This document shows positions 1-12,950 of a DNA stretch of 64,000 bases, piece after piece (position 1 is the stretch's first letter; each line of letters starts with the position of its first letter). A program made the translations under genes and the position numbers. Under the pieces are notes generated by a model. It made no database searches. It saw only the letters and a list, made by a program, of their open reading frames with translations, and had not been told where the DNA came from. Source of the DNA: the human T2T-CHM13v2.0 reference genome, Homo sapiens; assembly GCF_009914755.1 (NCBI RefSeq), contig NC_060937.1. One strand, 5' to 3'.

Positions 1-100
1 TACTCGTTATCCAACAGGCAAATCAAATTTCTGTTTTTCTACTCTCATTTTGTTCCCATTTCTTGGAATGTCTTTCTGTTTCTCTTGTATTTATCCAAGT

Positions 101-224
101 TATATATTATATATATTCATATTATATGTATGTGTGTGTGTATATATATATATATGTGTGTATATATGTGTGTGTATATATATGTATATATATATGTGTG
201 TGTATATATATATGTGTGTGTGTG

Positions 225-256
<32 letters not shown>

Positions 257-260
257 CATA
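101..260. repeat. Compound (TA)n/(TG)n microsatellite
   Basis: Alternating TATA/TGTG blocks; explains the YIYI/CVCV ORFs at 50-363. Confidence 0.95.
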
Positions 261-2382
261 CTTCAGAGCCCTCACAGGCCTATCCCCTCTAGTACAAAAC
301 TTCCCTGCTACATTGCTACATCAAGGGTTCTTCGAACTGGTTGGCACTAATTACAAAGTTTAACACCTGCACTTTTTCTGTAATTTTCATTTGGGTGCTA
401 TAGGTGTCAGTGTTGTCTCTACAACTAGTCTAATTTTCATTAGGGTAGAAATCAAATCTCTACTCCTCTGTATGACACAAGAAGCCTGGGCTCTCTATTC
501 CACCTGTAAAGTCTACTTCAATACTTTATTGTTTTTCCATTTGAAATTGTATTGATGGGTAACTTGTTATACATTGCAAAACTTTCACAAGTATTGGTTA
601 CCTATAAGCTAATTTTTTTATAAGAATAGTTGTTACTGCAAAATGACACCGTAAGTTAAAAATTTTAAAACAAGATGTTTCAAATGACACATTTAAAATA
701 TATTAAATCAGAAGACCATCTTTGAGATGGCATCCAGTTTTAAACATACTAAGTACTTTTGAATATAGACTGTTAGCAACAAACTGATAGTTCTAAGAAA
801 GTTTCTGAAGGAAGATTTATTTTTCATATAATTCAAGCCAGAATTTAGAAAACCTAAAATGTTAAATTTCCCAGAAACTTGATTTGAGTCCACAAAGGAA
901 AACATAAGTTCGTACAGTATTATTAAAACTGCAAAAATCTCTTTAAATGTTAAAATTATTTGGTTTGCCTACAGGTATGTAAATTTCAAAATAAAGATTG
1001 CATACGTTTTCATGCCTTTCTCCTGGACAGGCTTGTGAACCCAGGCTACCTCTTCTTGCAAACCTTGTCTAATGCCATCATGTTTCATTTTGATGTTCTC
1101 TAAGCACAGCAACTGGGACATTTCTTTCAGATGTCACCACATCTATAAAGTTCATTTTCTTAGCAAAAAATAAGAGTAGTGTTTGGCAGTAGTTCATATC
1201 TGGACACTCTTGGAGAATTTCAGGTTTCTCTTTGGCCATAGCTACCACAGATAAGAATAATGGCCTGCCCTTCTTTGTAGGAAATTCCCCAGAAGTATGG
1301 TGACATTCTTGTTACACTTGTCAAATACCATGAAAGACAAACTGGATGAGGTGAAATCTATTGCAGGGACTCTGCCCTAAGGTTTAACATTTGAAGGTTT
1401 AGGTTTGCTAAGTTTGTTGTTTTCCCTCTATCTTTCAGCCCCTGGTAGAAAGCATGTATCTCCTTATTCTTCAGACAAAGCTACCTAAAAAATTTTCCAC
1501 CAAGACAGTCAAGGGATTCTGCATCTCTCATGGGAGCCAAGAGGGCCCATTAGGCCTCAGGTGTCACATGGATTGGCTATGAGTCCTAAATGAAGCACCA
1601 GCTAGAATTTGGGGGAACTGATAACAGTCATAATTGTCATTAGCAACGCTACTGTATTAGAAAGGGCCTTGGAGAGCCATATCTCATAGACATGGATCCA
1701 TTTTTTTAAATCATAAAAAAGTTCTCAAACTTATAAGTATTTATTTAAAAATATGCATAATCTGCTTTATTTCCTGTTATGTAAAATATCAAATGTTATT
1801 TTCTGATTTCTGCTAATTAAAATTTTCAAATAGCATAACTATATGTTACTCAATATTTGCTAGAAATTTTTTGATTTTTATATGGTTTTTAATGTACTTA
1901 TCAGTATTCTTTTATCATGAAATATTTCCATCTATTTTCCAAACAGAACTTACTGAAATGCAAGCCAATATATTTTTTCCTCAATGGATAAATCACATTG
2001 CTTTAAAATATAAATAATACATATTGTCTACATGTTATTCAACATTTTTTCCTTCACAGAATTGTGTTTCTTACAGATATTTATTTCTTGTTCTGTGAGT
2101 CAATTAGCTGGGTATTGCCACTTTTGAACAGTTGGTGGCTCCAATGCTTTGCAACTGTCTTGCAAGTGTGATACCAAAAATAAGTAGCTCTCTTCTAACT
2201 CTTCATTGCAGAAGTTGATAATGACAAAATACATTTGAGTAAATATAGTGTATTTTATCAGAAATTAAAAGTTTTATCAGATATAAATTGAGAAGGAAAG
2301 TTTTAATACTAATGTATGCTTCAGACTAGGTAATATGAATACATATTACAACCCTCACTGTATGCGCTTAAAAGATCTAAAG

Positions 2383-2680
2383 CGTTCCAATAGAAATATA
2401 ATGTAAGCCACATACATAATTTTAAATTTTCTAGTAGCCACAGTAAAAAATAAACAGGAATGGGTGATTAATATTAATAATTTATTTAATACGATATGCC
2501 TCAAATATTATTTCAATGACATAATATAAAAATTACTGATGAGATGTTTTATATGCTTTTCTTTTGTTGGTCTTAAGTCTTCAACACCCAATGTGAATTT
2601 AATACTTATAGCATGTGTCCATTGGACTAGAAGTGCTCAATAGCTGCTGCAGCTAGTGGCTACAATACTGGCGAGCTCAG
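2383..2680 (-). mobile_element. MER33-like hAT-Charlie MITE
   Basis: TCCAATAGAAATATAATGTAAGCCACAT...GTGCTCAATAGC...CTAGTGGCTAC resembles recalled MER33; flanked by 8-bp direct repeat ATCTAAAG (2375-2382, 2681-2688), the hAT TSD length. Confidence 0.8.
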
Positions 2681-3146
2681 ATCTAAAGTAGCAAGTGGCA
2701 ACCCTTCTATTCACATTAGATGGATCCTATTAATATTTGATGGAGAGTAATTTTTATAAGTGAAATTCTGTAAAGAAACTCTTTTTGCACCAATTTTGGT
2801 TCTAAACTTGAAGTTCTTTTCCCATAAAAAATCATCCAGAAGGCTTGCTTCACAATTTTGATGACATAGGAATGAAACATGTGGCTTAGCTAGCAGCATA
2901 TTAGTATTGCAGTATTAGCTTTTCAAGAGCTTTGCATTACTAAAGAATTCTTAGATCTCTGTAGAGCCATTTTTATCTTAATATTTTAGACATATCATAC
3001 AATTTATCCTATGCTTGACTTCCATTTCTGGTTCTTTCCTTTCACATTTCCAGAATTTAACTTACCATATTCTTTTATTTATGAATTACGAAGTGTACTA
3101 GCATTAGTGATTACCCTTTACTGGCTGCTGTTATCATCTAGATTGT

Positions 3147-3350
3147 AAAGAACATGGCTTCTGGAATCAGACTACCTGGGTTTGAATCCTGGCTCCACCA
3201 TTGACAAGCCGTGTGACCTTGGACCACTTACATACTTGTGCATTCTTTAACATCTAAAAAATGTAGAAAATATAATATTTGATTCCTGGGTTTTAGTGAA
3301 GATAAACCAAATGTATTAATGCCAAATATCTAGTACATGATAAACACAGT
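3147..3350 (+). mobile_element. MIR SINE
   Basis: Core CTGGAATCAGAC..CCTGGGTTTGAATCCTGGCTCCACCA...GTGTGACCTTGG. Confidence 0.8.
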
Positions 3351-5279
3351 AAACACCAACCTGCACATGTGTGGATTCTGTAATAGGTACTATTGTCCTC
3401 CTATCAATTTTGTCATATTTAATAAAATAAAATGACTTGACACCAGGCCTTTATTTTTATTGCAGAGTGAGTAATTTCATTGAAAGTTGTTTCTTATTTA
3501 CATAGTTAACTTAATAAAATGGAGTCTAGGTTGTCTTTCCTCAGAATAGAGGGTAGAATCTTCTGAATATTTCACTAAGAAAGTGCTGAAAAGCACAGGA
3601 ACTAAGATGCATGGCTCTGAACAGCTTTCTGGAAAATGCTATTTTAGACCAAATACATGATTTCCTCTAAAGCTGTTCATTCGTTATTATATAGTATCTA
3701 TTCTGTTGCTAAGAAAGGCAAAAAATGAACCATTTTATAGTGTAGCTGGTCTGTACATCTATACAACATATTTATCGGGTAATGGTTGTGATATGGTTGT
3801 GGTACTGGAATGTCAGAGAAAACGAAGCATTTAAAAAGTTTAAGCACAGCAAAGTAGTTTTGAGTCTTGGAGCATAATCTCCAGTTGCTGCTTAATCTCA
3901 TCAAAATCGAACACTAGTTTTTGAAGCTAGTTAAGAATGTTTATTACTTTCTCAATTGTAAACCAGCTTTCACATTAAGAAAATTTAGAACATCTGGAAA
4001 AACAAGTAATCTGTACCATCTGCCAAACTCTAATTTAGGAACAATGATCTGGGAAGGAAAAAAATGAAAACCAATAAGTTGGTAACAATTCCAAAAACAA
4101 CTACTAGAAGAATATGTGTGTAATCATCAGAATCTGGGATTTTCAACTGATAAGCCTTTACCCTCTGTGGCCACAGATGTTAGATATACTATGAACAGTA
4201 AAAATGTGGAATAAGTTAGGGACAAGAAACATATTATGAAGTATATCAGGTACACTAACTTAGGATAAAATTGTAAATATATACCATATTCATGTTTTAA
4301 TTCTCCATTTCATTAAAATATTAATGAATAGATTATATATCTCTACATCCAACAATGTGGAGGCACCTGAGATCTTTTAACTTTCTTGTGATATATTTGC
4401 ATCTCTTTTGTATTTAACCATCACGTTCTTTGAAGTGGCAATTTTCATGTTGTAGCTCACAGAAGTCTTTGCAGAATGAATGGCCTATGAAGTTGAAGCT
4501 TGAATTAGGCTGAAGGTAGTGTAGTAAGAAAGAGAAAGTGTAAATGTCAGAAAACTTTGGGAGGGAGAATTGACGACGATGATTGACTACATATATTAAA
4601 AGAGAAATGAGTATCAGATATAGTGTGGTGAAAAGTGTGAAAACCAAGACATTTGGATAAGATCGTTTTTTTTAAATGATGACAGCATTGCTATTTGGAG
4701 AGTAAAAGTCTGATGGATTCAGCTGTTGAAGAGGCTTCTAGGGAAGTGAAGCAGGCAGGCAGGTAAAAATGAACATATTATAAGCAGAAAGAGCCAAGGC
4801 ACTGTTTGAAAACATACTGTTATTTTTATTTTTATTTTTTTTTGTGAGCCCTAACTACGGGCTATGGACTCCCCACAATAGAACTTCATGGCTGTGAGGA
4901 CAGAAAAATTTGGTGAATACATTGAAAGTTTGTTTGATCAATGTTTTCTGCTTGTAATTAAAATCTTATGGTAAGAAACAAAGTTTTAATTTTCAAAATA
5001 ATTTATGTATAGATATTTTTACTGTGCAGGCACTACCACAGTTTTACCTTGAGTTTTACAGATTAACCAGAAAAAGAAATGAGAGTAAACATGTTAAAGT
5101 GATTTTTCTTTGATGAAACTTTAACATATTAAATATAATATTTTATCCAAGGTCTTAATAATTGTTGTGAGAATCAGAAATATAAAATGAAAAGTTTCAT
5201 GGCCCAAGTCGACTTTCTCCATATTTCAGTGAAAATTAACCAAAAATTTAAAAATAGTCTTCTCAGCTTTTCTTTAAGG

Positions 5280-5380
5280 GAGAGAGAAGTTGCGAAGAGA
5301 GAGAAGTGGTGGGGTGGGGGGGGCATGGGGGAGAGGAGGGGAGGGAGAGAGAGGGAAGGAAGAGAGAGAGGAAGGGAAAG

Positions 5381-5428
<48 letters not shown>
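5280..5428. repeat. G-run plus (GA)n polypurine tract
   Basis: GGGGTGGGGGGGGCATGGGGG followed by about 90 nt of pure purines ending in (GA)n. Confidence 0.95.
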
Positions 5429-6279
5429 ATGTCTTTCCCTCTTCAATGATTCCTTGATGAGAGGAGTTCCAGTTTCCATTACGTGTTACTGGACCTTAAA
5501 ACAAAACAACCATTTGTAAACTTTCTGATTGTCTGAGAACAAATAGTTGTATTCTAAACCAAACACATTCCCTCTTGTGCTAAATTCCTTGATGATACAC
5601 AAATGAACTCTTCATTGATTCTGTATACAAGGACTTTAGCAGAGGTAATAAATCAAGACACATGAACTATAATAGCCAATAATGAGGTGATAAATGCCAT
5701 ACAAGAGAAGTGATATGAGAATTGAGGAGAGGATCATGGCTTTCATATAGGACAAGCTGGTTTAATGAACATAATTTGAGACATGTTTAGGGACTGGGAA
5801 TAAAGGTCTAGGAACAAACGGCTTAGGCAAAGGCACAAAGATGAGAAGAAGACATGATTCAGTTTGGCTTGAATGAAGTTCATATAAAAGGGAACAGTGG
5901 AAAACAATTCTAAAGAGCTAGGTTTGGACTCAGTTCAAGAAGGACCTGCAATGGTAGGTTGAGTAATGGACAATGGTGTGTCATTGGGCAGAGTGAAAGT
6001 GGTTAGGGGCACAGGAAAATCTCCCCCTCCCTACCCGCCCCGCACCGGCTCTTAAAGAAGAGCTGAGAAGATTTTTTTTTAAATTTTCGTTAGTTTTCAC
6101 TGAAATATGGAGAAAGTCAACTTCGTCCATGGAACTTTTTATTTTACATTTCTGATTCTCACAGATAAAATATTATATTTAATAATGTTAAAGTTTCATC
6201 AAGAAAAATCACTTAAACATTTTTACTCTCATTTATTTTTCTGGTTAATCTGTAAACCCAGATCTGTGTTCTAGATCTG

Positions 6280-6480
6280 ATCTGGTTCTGACACTTGCCG
6301 GCTTTGTGATCTCAGGCAATTCATTTAACCTATTTGAGTCTTGATTTCTTTCATGTGTAACAGGGATTATAATTGTACCTACAAGCTGTAATGTGGATCA
6401 AATGAAAAAATGAGTGTTAAAACACTTACCACAGACTCTGGTATATATAGTAAGTGGTGAAACAAAATGCTATTACTAAT
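6280..6480 (+). mobile_element. MIR SINE (diverged)
   Basis: GTGATCTCAGGCAATTCATTTAACCT...TTTCTTTCATGTGTAA..GGGATTATAATTGTACCTAC. Confidence 0.7.
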
Positions 6481-7839
6481 AGATAGAATAAAATAGTCTT
6501 AACTTTTACATTATGCAAAATTGTCTTAATTCCTAAATTGCCCAAATCAGGAGGAAAATCCATCCCCATCATTCTCTTGCAGAGCTAAACTTATTTTCTA
6601 TTGTATACCTGAGGTTGTCTGTCTTATTTTGATTTATATATAGTTTTGGGACTGTCTTTATATACTTGTAGAATATGAAGACTAAAAAATTAATTATATA
6701 TGATATTTTAAAAATCTACCTAAATAAGTGAGAATAAGTGCCTTAATTCATTTTGAGCAATTAAATTTTTTCTGCTTATTCTTTTTCAAGAGCCCTTGTT
6801 TAAAATCAATAACTATCTCTCTTATTAAAGTTTGTAGAATTTCACAGCTGCAAGAGACATAACAGACCATTTAGCCCAGTCTCTCTAGGGAAACCGGAAG
6901 CTCTGAGAGCTTGGCGAATGGCTCAAGATTACAAAGTACTGAAAATGGAGGAAAATTTTGATTATATCCAAGGGTTGATAATTTTCCCTCCCCATCATTA
7001 TTTTTTTTGAAGATTTTTTAGTCGTGGTAATAAAGTGCAAGGGACAATATTTTATTTTACTTATAGCACTGTCCAAATTAACATACAAACAGCACACAAA
7101 TGTCAATAACACTTATCCTTTGGTCTCTTTGGCCCTTCTAGAATAATTGTTGATATGCACTATTTATATTTCCACCACTGGCTGTCTAGACTGACTTGGT
7201 TCTACCTCCTCTCTGTCACCTACCTCACTGACTCCTAGGAAGCCAAGTTGCTGGACGAGGGGGAAATGCTGAGGCTGAGTGAATAGGAGCAAGGGACATG
7301 AGCAGTGGAGGAAACCATAGGCAAGAAAGGCAGAGAGGGGAGTTCACATTGTTTAATAATCTGAAGGGCCTGGTGGGCTTCCACTTAACTACTACTGCCC
7401 ACTGACTTCAGCTCCTGAAATCGAATTAAGGCATACTAATTAATTTGGATATAAGGGTTCATCTTTAACAGAAATATACTAATCTGCACAATGAGCAGTC
7501 ATAAGCTCCCACTAAAATCTCTTGTGATGGGGAGGGAAGGCAAGTGCTAGCCTTCTTTTTAGTGCATTTTTCTTCCACTCATCTTTGTATATGCTGCCTT
7601 TTCTTCCTATAGTATTGGGAAAGGTGGATTTTTTAAAAGACAGTGTAGAATTTTATTTGCATAAAATGTCCATTTTCAGATTTTAACTGTAAATTTGGAA
7701 AATACTTGAAAGTATAAAAAAAGTGATAAACTGGAAATAACCAATTAGCATTTTTAGTATATTTTAATCACCCCTTTTTTCTATGCAGTTGATAGTGCAG
7801 CAGCTATTATACTTTATGTACACTTCTTTTTCTTTTCTA

Positions 7840-7918
7840 TTTTTTTTTTTTTTTTTTGAGATGGAGTGAGCTACATTGAGAAGTCCTCCCACCTCATCCT
7901 CCTGACTAACTGGGACTG
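7840..7918 (-). mobile_element. Internally deleted Alu fragment
   Basis: Poly-T + GAGATGGAGT, then 16 non-Alu nt, then TCCTCCCACCTCA..CTCCTGA..AACTGGGACT. Confidence 0.6.
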
Positions 7919-8787
7919 TATATGTTTCTAATCTTAGTTTTCTCATCTGACAGCCCTCAAGTTTTTAGAAACTTCAAAATGTAATTTTTATTGACTACAT
8001 TCCTTTCCATCATATTGATGATGTGGTATGTGGACTGTTTTTATAAGTGCTGTGAGTGAAAACATGAGTCTGGACTTTCCAAACCCTATGATTTTCAACA
8101 CTTCCCCTTATATAAATGACTTATTGTAAGGAGATATATGTTCTTAATTTAAACATTTCTATTTAACTGCATTTTGAAATATCAAGAACACAGGTTAAGC
8201 AATCACACAAGAAACACAGCTTACTTCTCAGGCTTCATGCTTTGTGAAGGTGTTGCAGCCTTTCTTTGAGTATTCTGATTAGGACATCTGTAACCCTTTG
8301 TGGTCCGTATTTTTGTGCCTTTCTAGTTTTCAGAATTGTACCTTTTTTTGAGGGCAGGGACTATATTTGATCCAGCTCTGCAACCCTAATTCTGTGCTTG
8401 GAATAGAGCTTGGCATGTATATAAGTGCTTTGATGTTTCAATGTATCATTGAAGTGATTCAGGGCATACTGAGAGTTGATACAGAAGTCAGCGGGGTTTG
8501 CTCTGAATGAACGGTTTAGGTAATCCTTCTTGGATTCTGAGGAAACATTCACTATATTAAATGTGTGAGCAGAGGTGATATTGGGGAGAGCTAATATGAT
8601 TGTTTTTCCATATTTTCTGCATGTAACATCTCCAAAGTGAGAATAAGGACAAGAGAATGCGAGGAATGTGTTTTGAATTCTGAAGTTTGTAATATATATT
8701 ACACCTTTTTTCTTAGAGAGGAATATGCTAATTAGTGAAAGCCAAGGCAGTTTAAAAACATATGTTCCTTTGTAGACAAAGTTTCTT

Positions 8788-9095
<308 letters not shown>

Positions 9096-9719
9096 TCATT
9101 GTGTCTATTTACATTGATATGGATTTAAGAAAATAAAGCAGGCTGGTAGAATGTGTGTACTGTAGATATTTCTCTGCAGAATATTTAAGCTTTATTCTTC
9201 ATAAAGAGCAATAGAGATCATTCTATGTTTGATTTCCATGATTAGTGTGCCATGGGCCAGGTAATCAATATTTTGATTTGCATAATACATAACAATGCTC
9301 AATAAATATCGGTCAGAGTGAATGCAGTGATTTATATTTAGAAGTGAATAATGAATCCAGATATGGTTTTAATTTTTAAATTGTACTTTTATCAACATAA
9401 TTATTTCTTTAGCTTGTTCATCCAGTTTTGTTGTATTAACAATAATTCAGTGGCTATTAGACTAGTAGAAAATATAACTTTAATAGTTTAAGCCTGGTTA
9501 TCTGCTCTCACATTCTTGAAGATCAAATATAAGACATGGTATCATTGTTACATTATCATCAGTCAACCTTCATAGTTGTACTCAAGTGGAATGAATAGGA
9601 GTATAAGTATTCATCCCCATTAGTGTACTTCCTAACAAAGTGGTCTACATCTGAGTGTCCTATATGCATTTGTGAGCTTTTCAAGATGCTGCCCCTGGCC
9701 TTTCTTTCAAGCACTAATT

Positions 9720-10950
9720 TAGAAAACATTTACTGAGTTCCTGTTATGCGCTAGATCCTGTGCAGAATCTGGAGCAGCTTAAGATTTTCTTAAGGAAACA
9801 AACCTGTAATGGCATGTTTACCTAAATAATGACATATAATTAATCAGTACATAGTAACTGGCACAATAACATGTGATAGGAACCCAGAGGTGGAAGAGAA
9901 TAGTGTGGAGTTGCATGGCTGGAAAATTCCTTGTGATGAGTAAGCAACTTGAGTGGAGCTTTTAACGAAAGAGAGGTGGAGAGCAAGAAGGAAATATTCC
10001 AGGCTTAAGTGATGCTTCAAGTTGAAATGAGCAAGGCACATTTTAGGGAAGATAAGTGGTGGATTTTTCTGCCTCCAGAAGAAACAGAGTTTATGTAGGA
10101 AGAAGAGTGAATTTAAATAAAAGTAAAGGGAACTCAATACATTTAAATGTTGAGCTTTCATGAGAATTTTATGAGAATAGCCCAGATCCCAAACCAAGAA
10201 TCTGATTTTGGATAAGACCCAGGAATCTGCATTCTAATACTCCAAGTGAATATGTTACTGGCATTCCCTGAACTATATTTGAAGAAATACAGAGGTAGAT
10301 GCTAGACTCTGGTTTGCCACCAATATACATTACACTAATATATACATATGTATATAATATATAGTATATAATATATAGTATATAATAAACTAGAAATAAC
10401 CAATTAGCACTTTTTAGTATATTTATAATATACTAAATATATTATGTAGCATATATATATTAATATAAAAGCCTGATGCAAATGGACTGACATGGGCCTA
10501 GGATGGAGAATGATTTAGACCAGAAAGACAGTGTAGGTGATGACCCCACTCTGGGGCTAGTGCAATCCACTGGTAATTTAAAGAGAAAGCTTGGGGACGT
10601 TGGAATGAAGAAGATGAATATGAGAGAAAAGTGGATGACTTGATAAGTCATGTAATTTATATTACGTAGAGGTAATAAAGGAGAAAGAATATGAACATTC
10701 TGGTTTAGCACGGATGATTTTATTAACAAAAAGAACAGACCTCAGGCTCTTGTGTTTGTCAATAAGTTTAACAATGGATAAGGGAGAGTGTGAACTGGGG
10801 AGAAGATAATAACATCCCTTTGTTAAAAATAGAGTTTGAGATGATGGTAGAATACCCAAATTAAAAAGCAGATGGGGTAGATAAGAGGCCAGACCTAGAG
10901 AGAAACGTCTCTGGATATTTAGCACAGATGCTAGAGGTGAAGGCGTAAGC
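9720..10950 (-). mobile_element. Degraded L2 fragments
   Basis: AAACATTTACTGAGTTCCTGTTATGCGCTAG resembles the reverse-complemented L2 3' end; purine-rich L2-like continuation; interrupted and boundaries vague. Confidence 0.45.
10335..10465. repeat. AT-rich low-complexity tract with a 14-bp tandem unit and an embedded 40-bp copy of 7726-7764
   Basis: TATATAATATATAG x2.5; see finding. Confidence 0.85.
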
Positions 10951-10954
10951 CTTC

Positions 10955-11561
10955 AGTATTCATTTTCTAGGGCTGCCAAACCCACAAACTTGGGGGCTTA
11001 ATACAGAATTGTATTCTTTCAAGTTTCCAGAAATATCCATAGGTCTGAAATCAAAATGTCAGCAGGGTTGGTTCCTCCTGGAGGCTCCGAGGGAAGAGCC
11101 ATCTCATTCCTCTTTTTTAAAAATTTTATTTTAAGTTCTGGGATTACATGTGCATGATGTGCAGATTTGTTACACAGGCAAACGTGTGCCATGGTGGTTT
11201 ACTGCACCTATCAACCCATCACCTAGTTATCCTCAGCAAACTAACAAAGGAAAGAAAACCAAATACCACATCAGGCTCATTCCTCTCTTAACGTCAGGTG
11301 GTTGACAGCAATCCTTGGCATTTTTTTGGGTTGCAGCTGAATCACTCTAATCTTTGCCTCCATCTCATATCTCCTCCTTCTCTGTCTGCGTCTCCTCTTA
11401 TAAGGACACCAGTCATTGGATTTAAATCTCGGATGATTTCATCTTAAGATCCTTAATTAATAACACCTGCAAAGATCCCAGCTCCAAATAAAGTAACATT
11501 CTGATATTCAAAATGCATGGGTGGACATGAATTTTGAGGGGAAACTATTTAACCCAGGACA
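10955..11561 (-). mobile_element. MLT1 (MaLR) solo LTR interrupted by a short L1
   Basis: CTAGGGCTGCC..CCACAAACT..GGCTTAA, TCTGAAATCAA..TGTCAGCAGGG, TCTTATAAGGACACCAGTCATTGGATT. Confidence 0.8.
11114..11275 (-). mobile_element. 162-bp L1PA 3' fragment with 5' inversion
   Basis: TSD CTCATTCCTCT (11103-11113, 11276-11286); minus-strand L1 3'UTR joined to a plus-strand piece of the ORF2 end. Confidence 0.85.
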
Positions 11562-12774
11562 CCTTCCTAGGAAGAATAACTAGAAAAGCAAGGCCTAGGG
11601 CATAAGTCTTGGGAAATTTGGAGGCAGGGGAAAGGTAGAAAATAGGCAAAAGAATAGACAAAGAAATGTTGGAGAGCTAGGAGAAGACTGAGGACGGTGA
11701 ATTTTCAGGAAAGCTGAAGGGGACAGAAATTTTACGAGAGTGTTTAGCAATGTCAGACTCAGCAGATATATGAAAAAAGTTGGCCGTGTGGTTTCGGACT
11801 AATCTGATATACAGAGATCAGGAAAGTAGCTAGATCATTTGGAAATATTGGCAGGAAAAGGAAAGTGAGGAAAAACTAGGATGCTATATAGGAAACAGAG
11901 CCCAGATGAAATGATACATATTTTCCTAAGATAAGAAGGGCCTAAATACATTATCCAGAAGCAGAAAGATGGCAATGATGTACAGTCTCCTCTGGCATAT
12001 CCAGAGAGAGTATTGTTCTCTCTTCTCTCAAAATTTGGATCAAGAAGAGAATTCAAAAGTGGTCAGAGCAAAGGGTTTCTCCTTTCTGCTTGATAGCATG
12101 AACTGCTTGTACCTTTTCATATGCAAATGTAAAGAATTAAGCCGAATATTAATTAAATTGGAAAGACAATTGTAAAGTAATATTACATCTAGGGAGAGTT
12201 AATAAGGGTGGTACATGGTCCTTATTTATAAATAGCAGAGATTAAACATGATAAAAGGGATTCTTACATGGAACAATTAAAGATCAATTATGACAATGGT
12301 ACACAGCAGCGAAAGCCTCTGGAAAAACTTCCTACTCATTAATCAAAGATAATTATCAATTATAAGGCTTAATTATTAGGAGAGAGTCTACATTTTGCAT
12401 CTTAAAAAGCTGATGATAATTAGTTTCCAGATCCTGCTCTAAGTGCTCATTATGTTCAGAGAAGAGTGACTCTTTTACCTTTAAAAATGACTTTTAGCTC
12501 ATGACCTTGAGCAACTTAAAATCTCCTGTACCTACGTTGAGTTGAGATGATGCTCATTTGTTCCATTACTCAAAAAAATAGTTTGATAGGTGCATAACTG
12601 CTATACGACATGAAAGAACCATATTACAAATATGGGGAGGGCAAGAGGTTTTACTTTTGAATTGTTATTGAGTTTAGAGGAGAGGGCTTATTACCTTAAA
12701 TACCTCTAGGATGTAACTAATAGAGCACAAATTAATGGCAGGTATTTTTTTCAAGTGGGGAAGAAGAATAATGT

Positions 12775-12950
12775 CTAGTTATTGAGTGGTCACATAATCC
12801 AAGAATTGTACAAAATACTTCACATATATTATCTCAGTTAACCCTATCAACATTATAACATAGATGTTGTGTTTTCCCCTCATTTTACATAGTAAGTAAA
12901 GGAAATATCAGAGTGGTTTTAACAACCACCAAAGTGACACAGATAATGAA
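12775..12950 (-). mobile_element. MIR SINE (diverged)
   Basis: ACTTCACATATATTATCTCAGTTAA...CCTCATTTTACATAG...CCAAAGTGACACAGATAATGAA. Confidence 0.65.

Noticed and set aside
50-363. Three overlapping Y/I/C/V-rich ORFs
   Set aside because: Translations of the TA/TG microsatellite
5174-5519. ORFs with (RE)n and (LS)n runs
   Set aside because: Translations of the (GA)n tract
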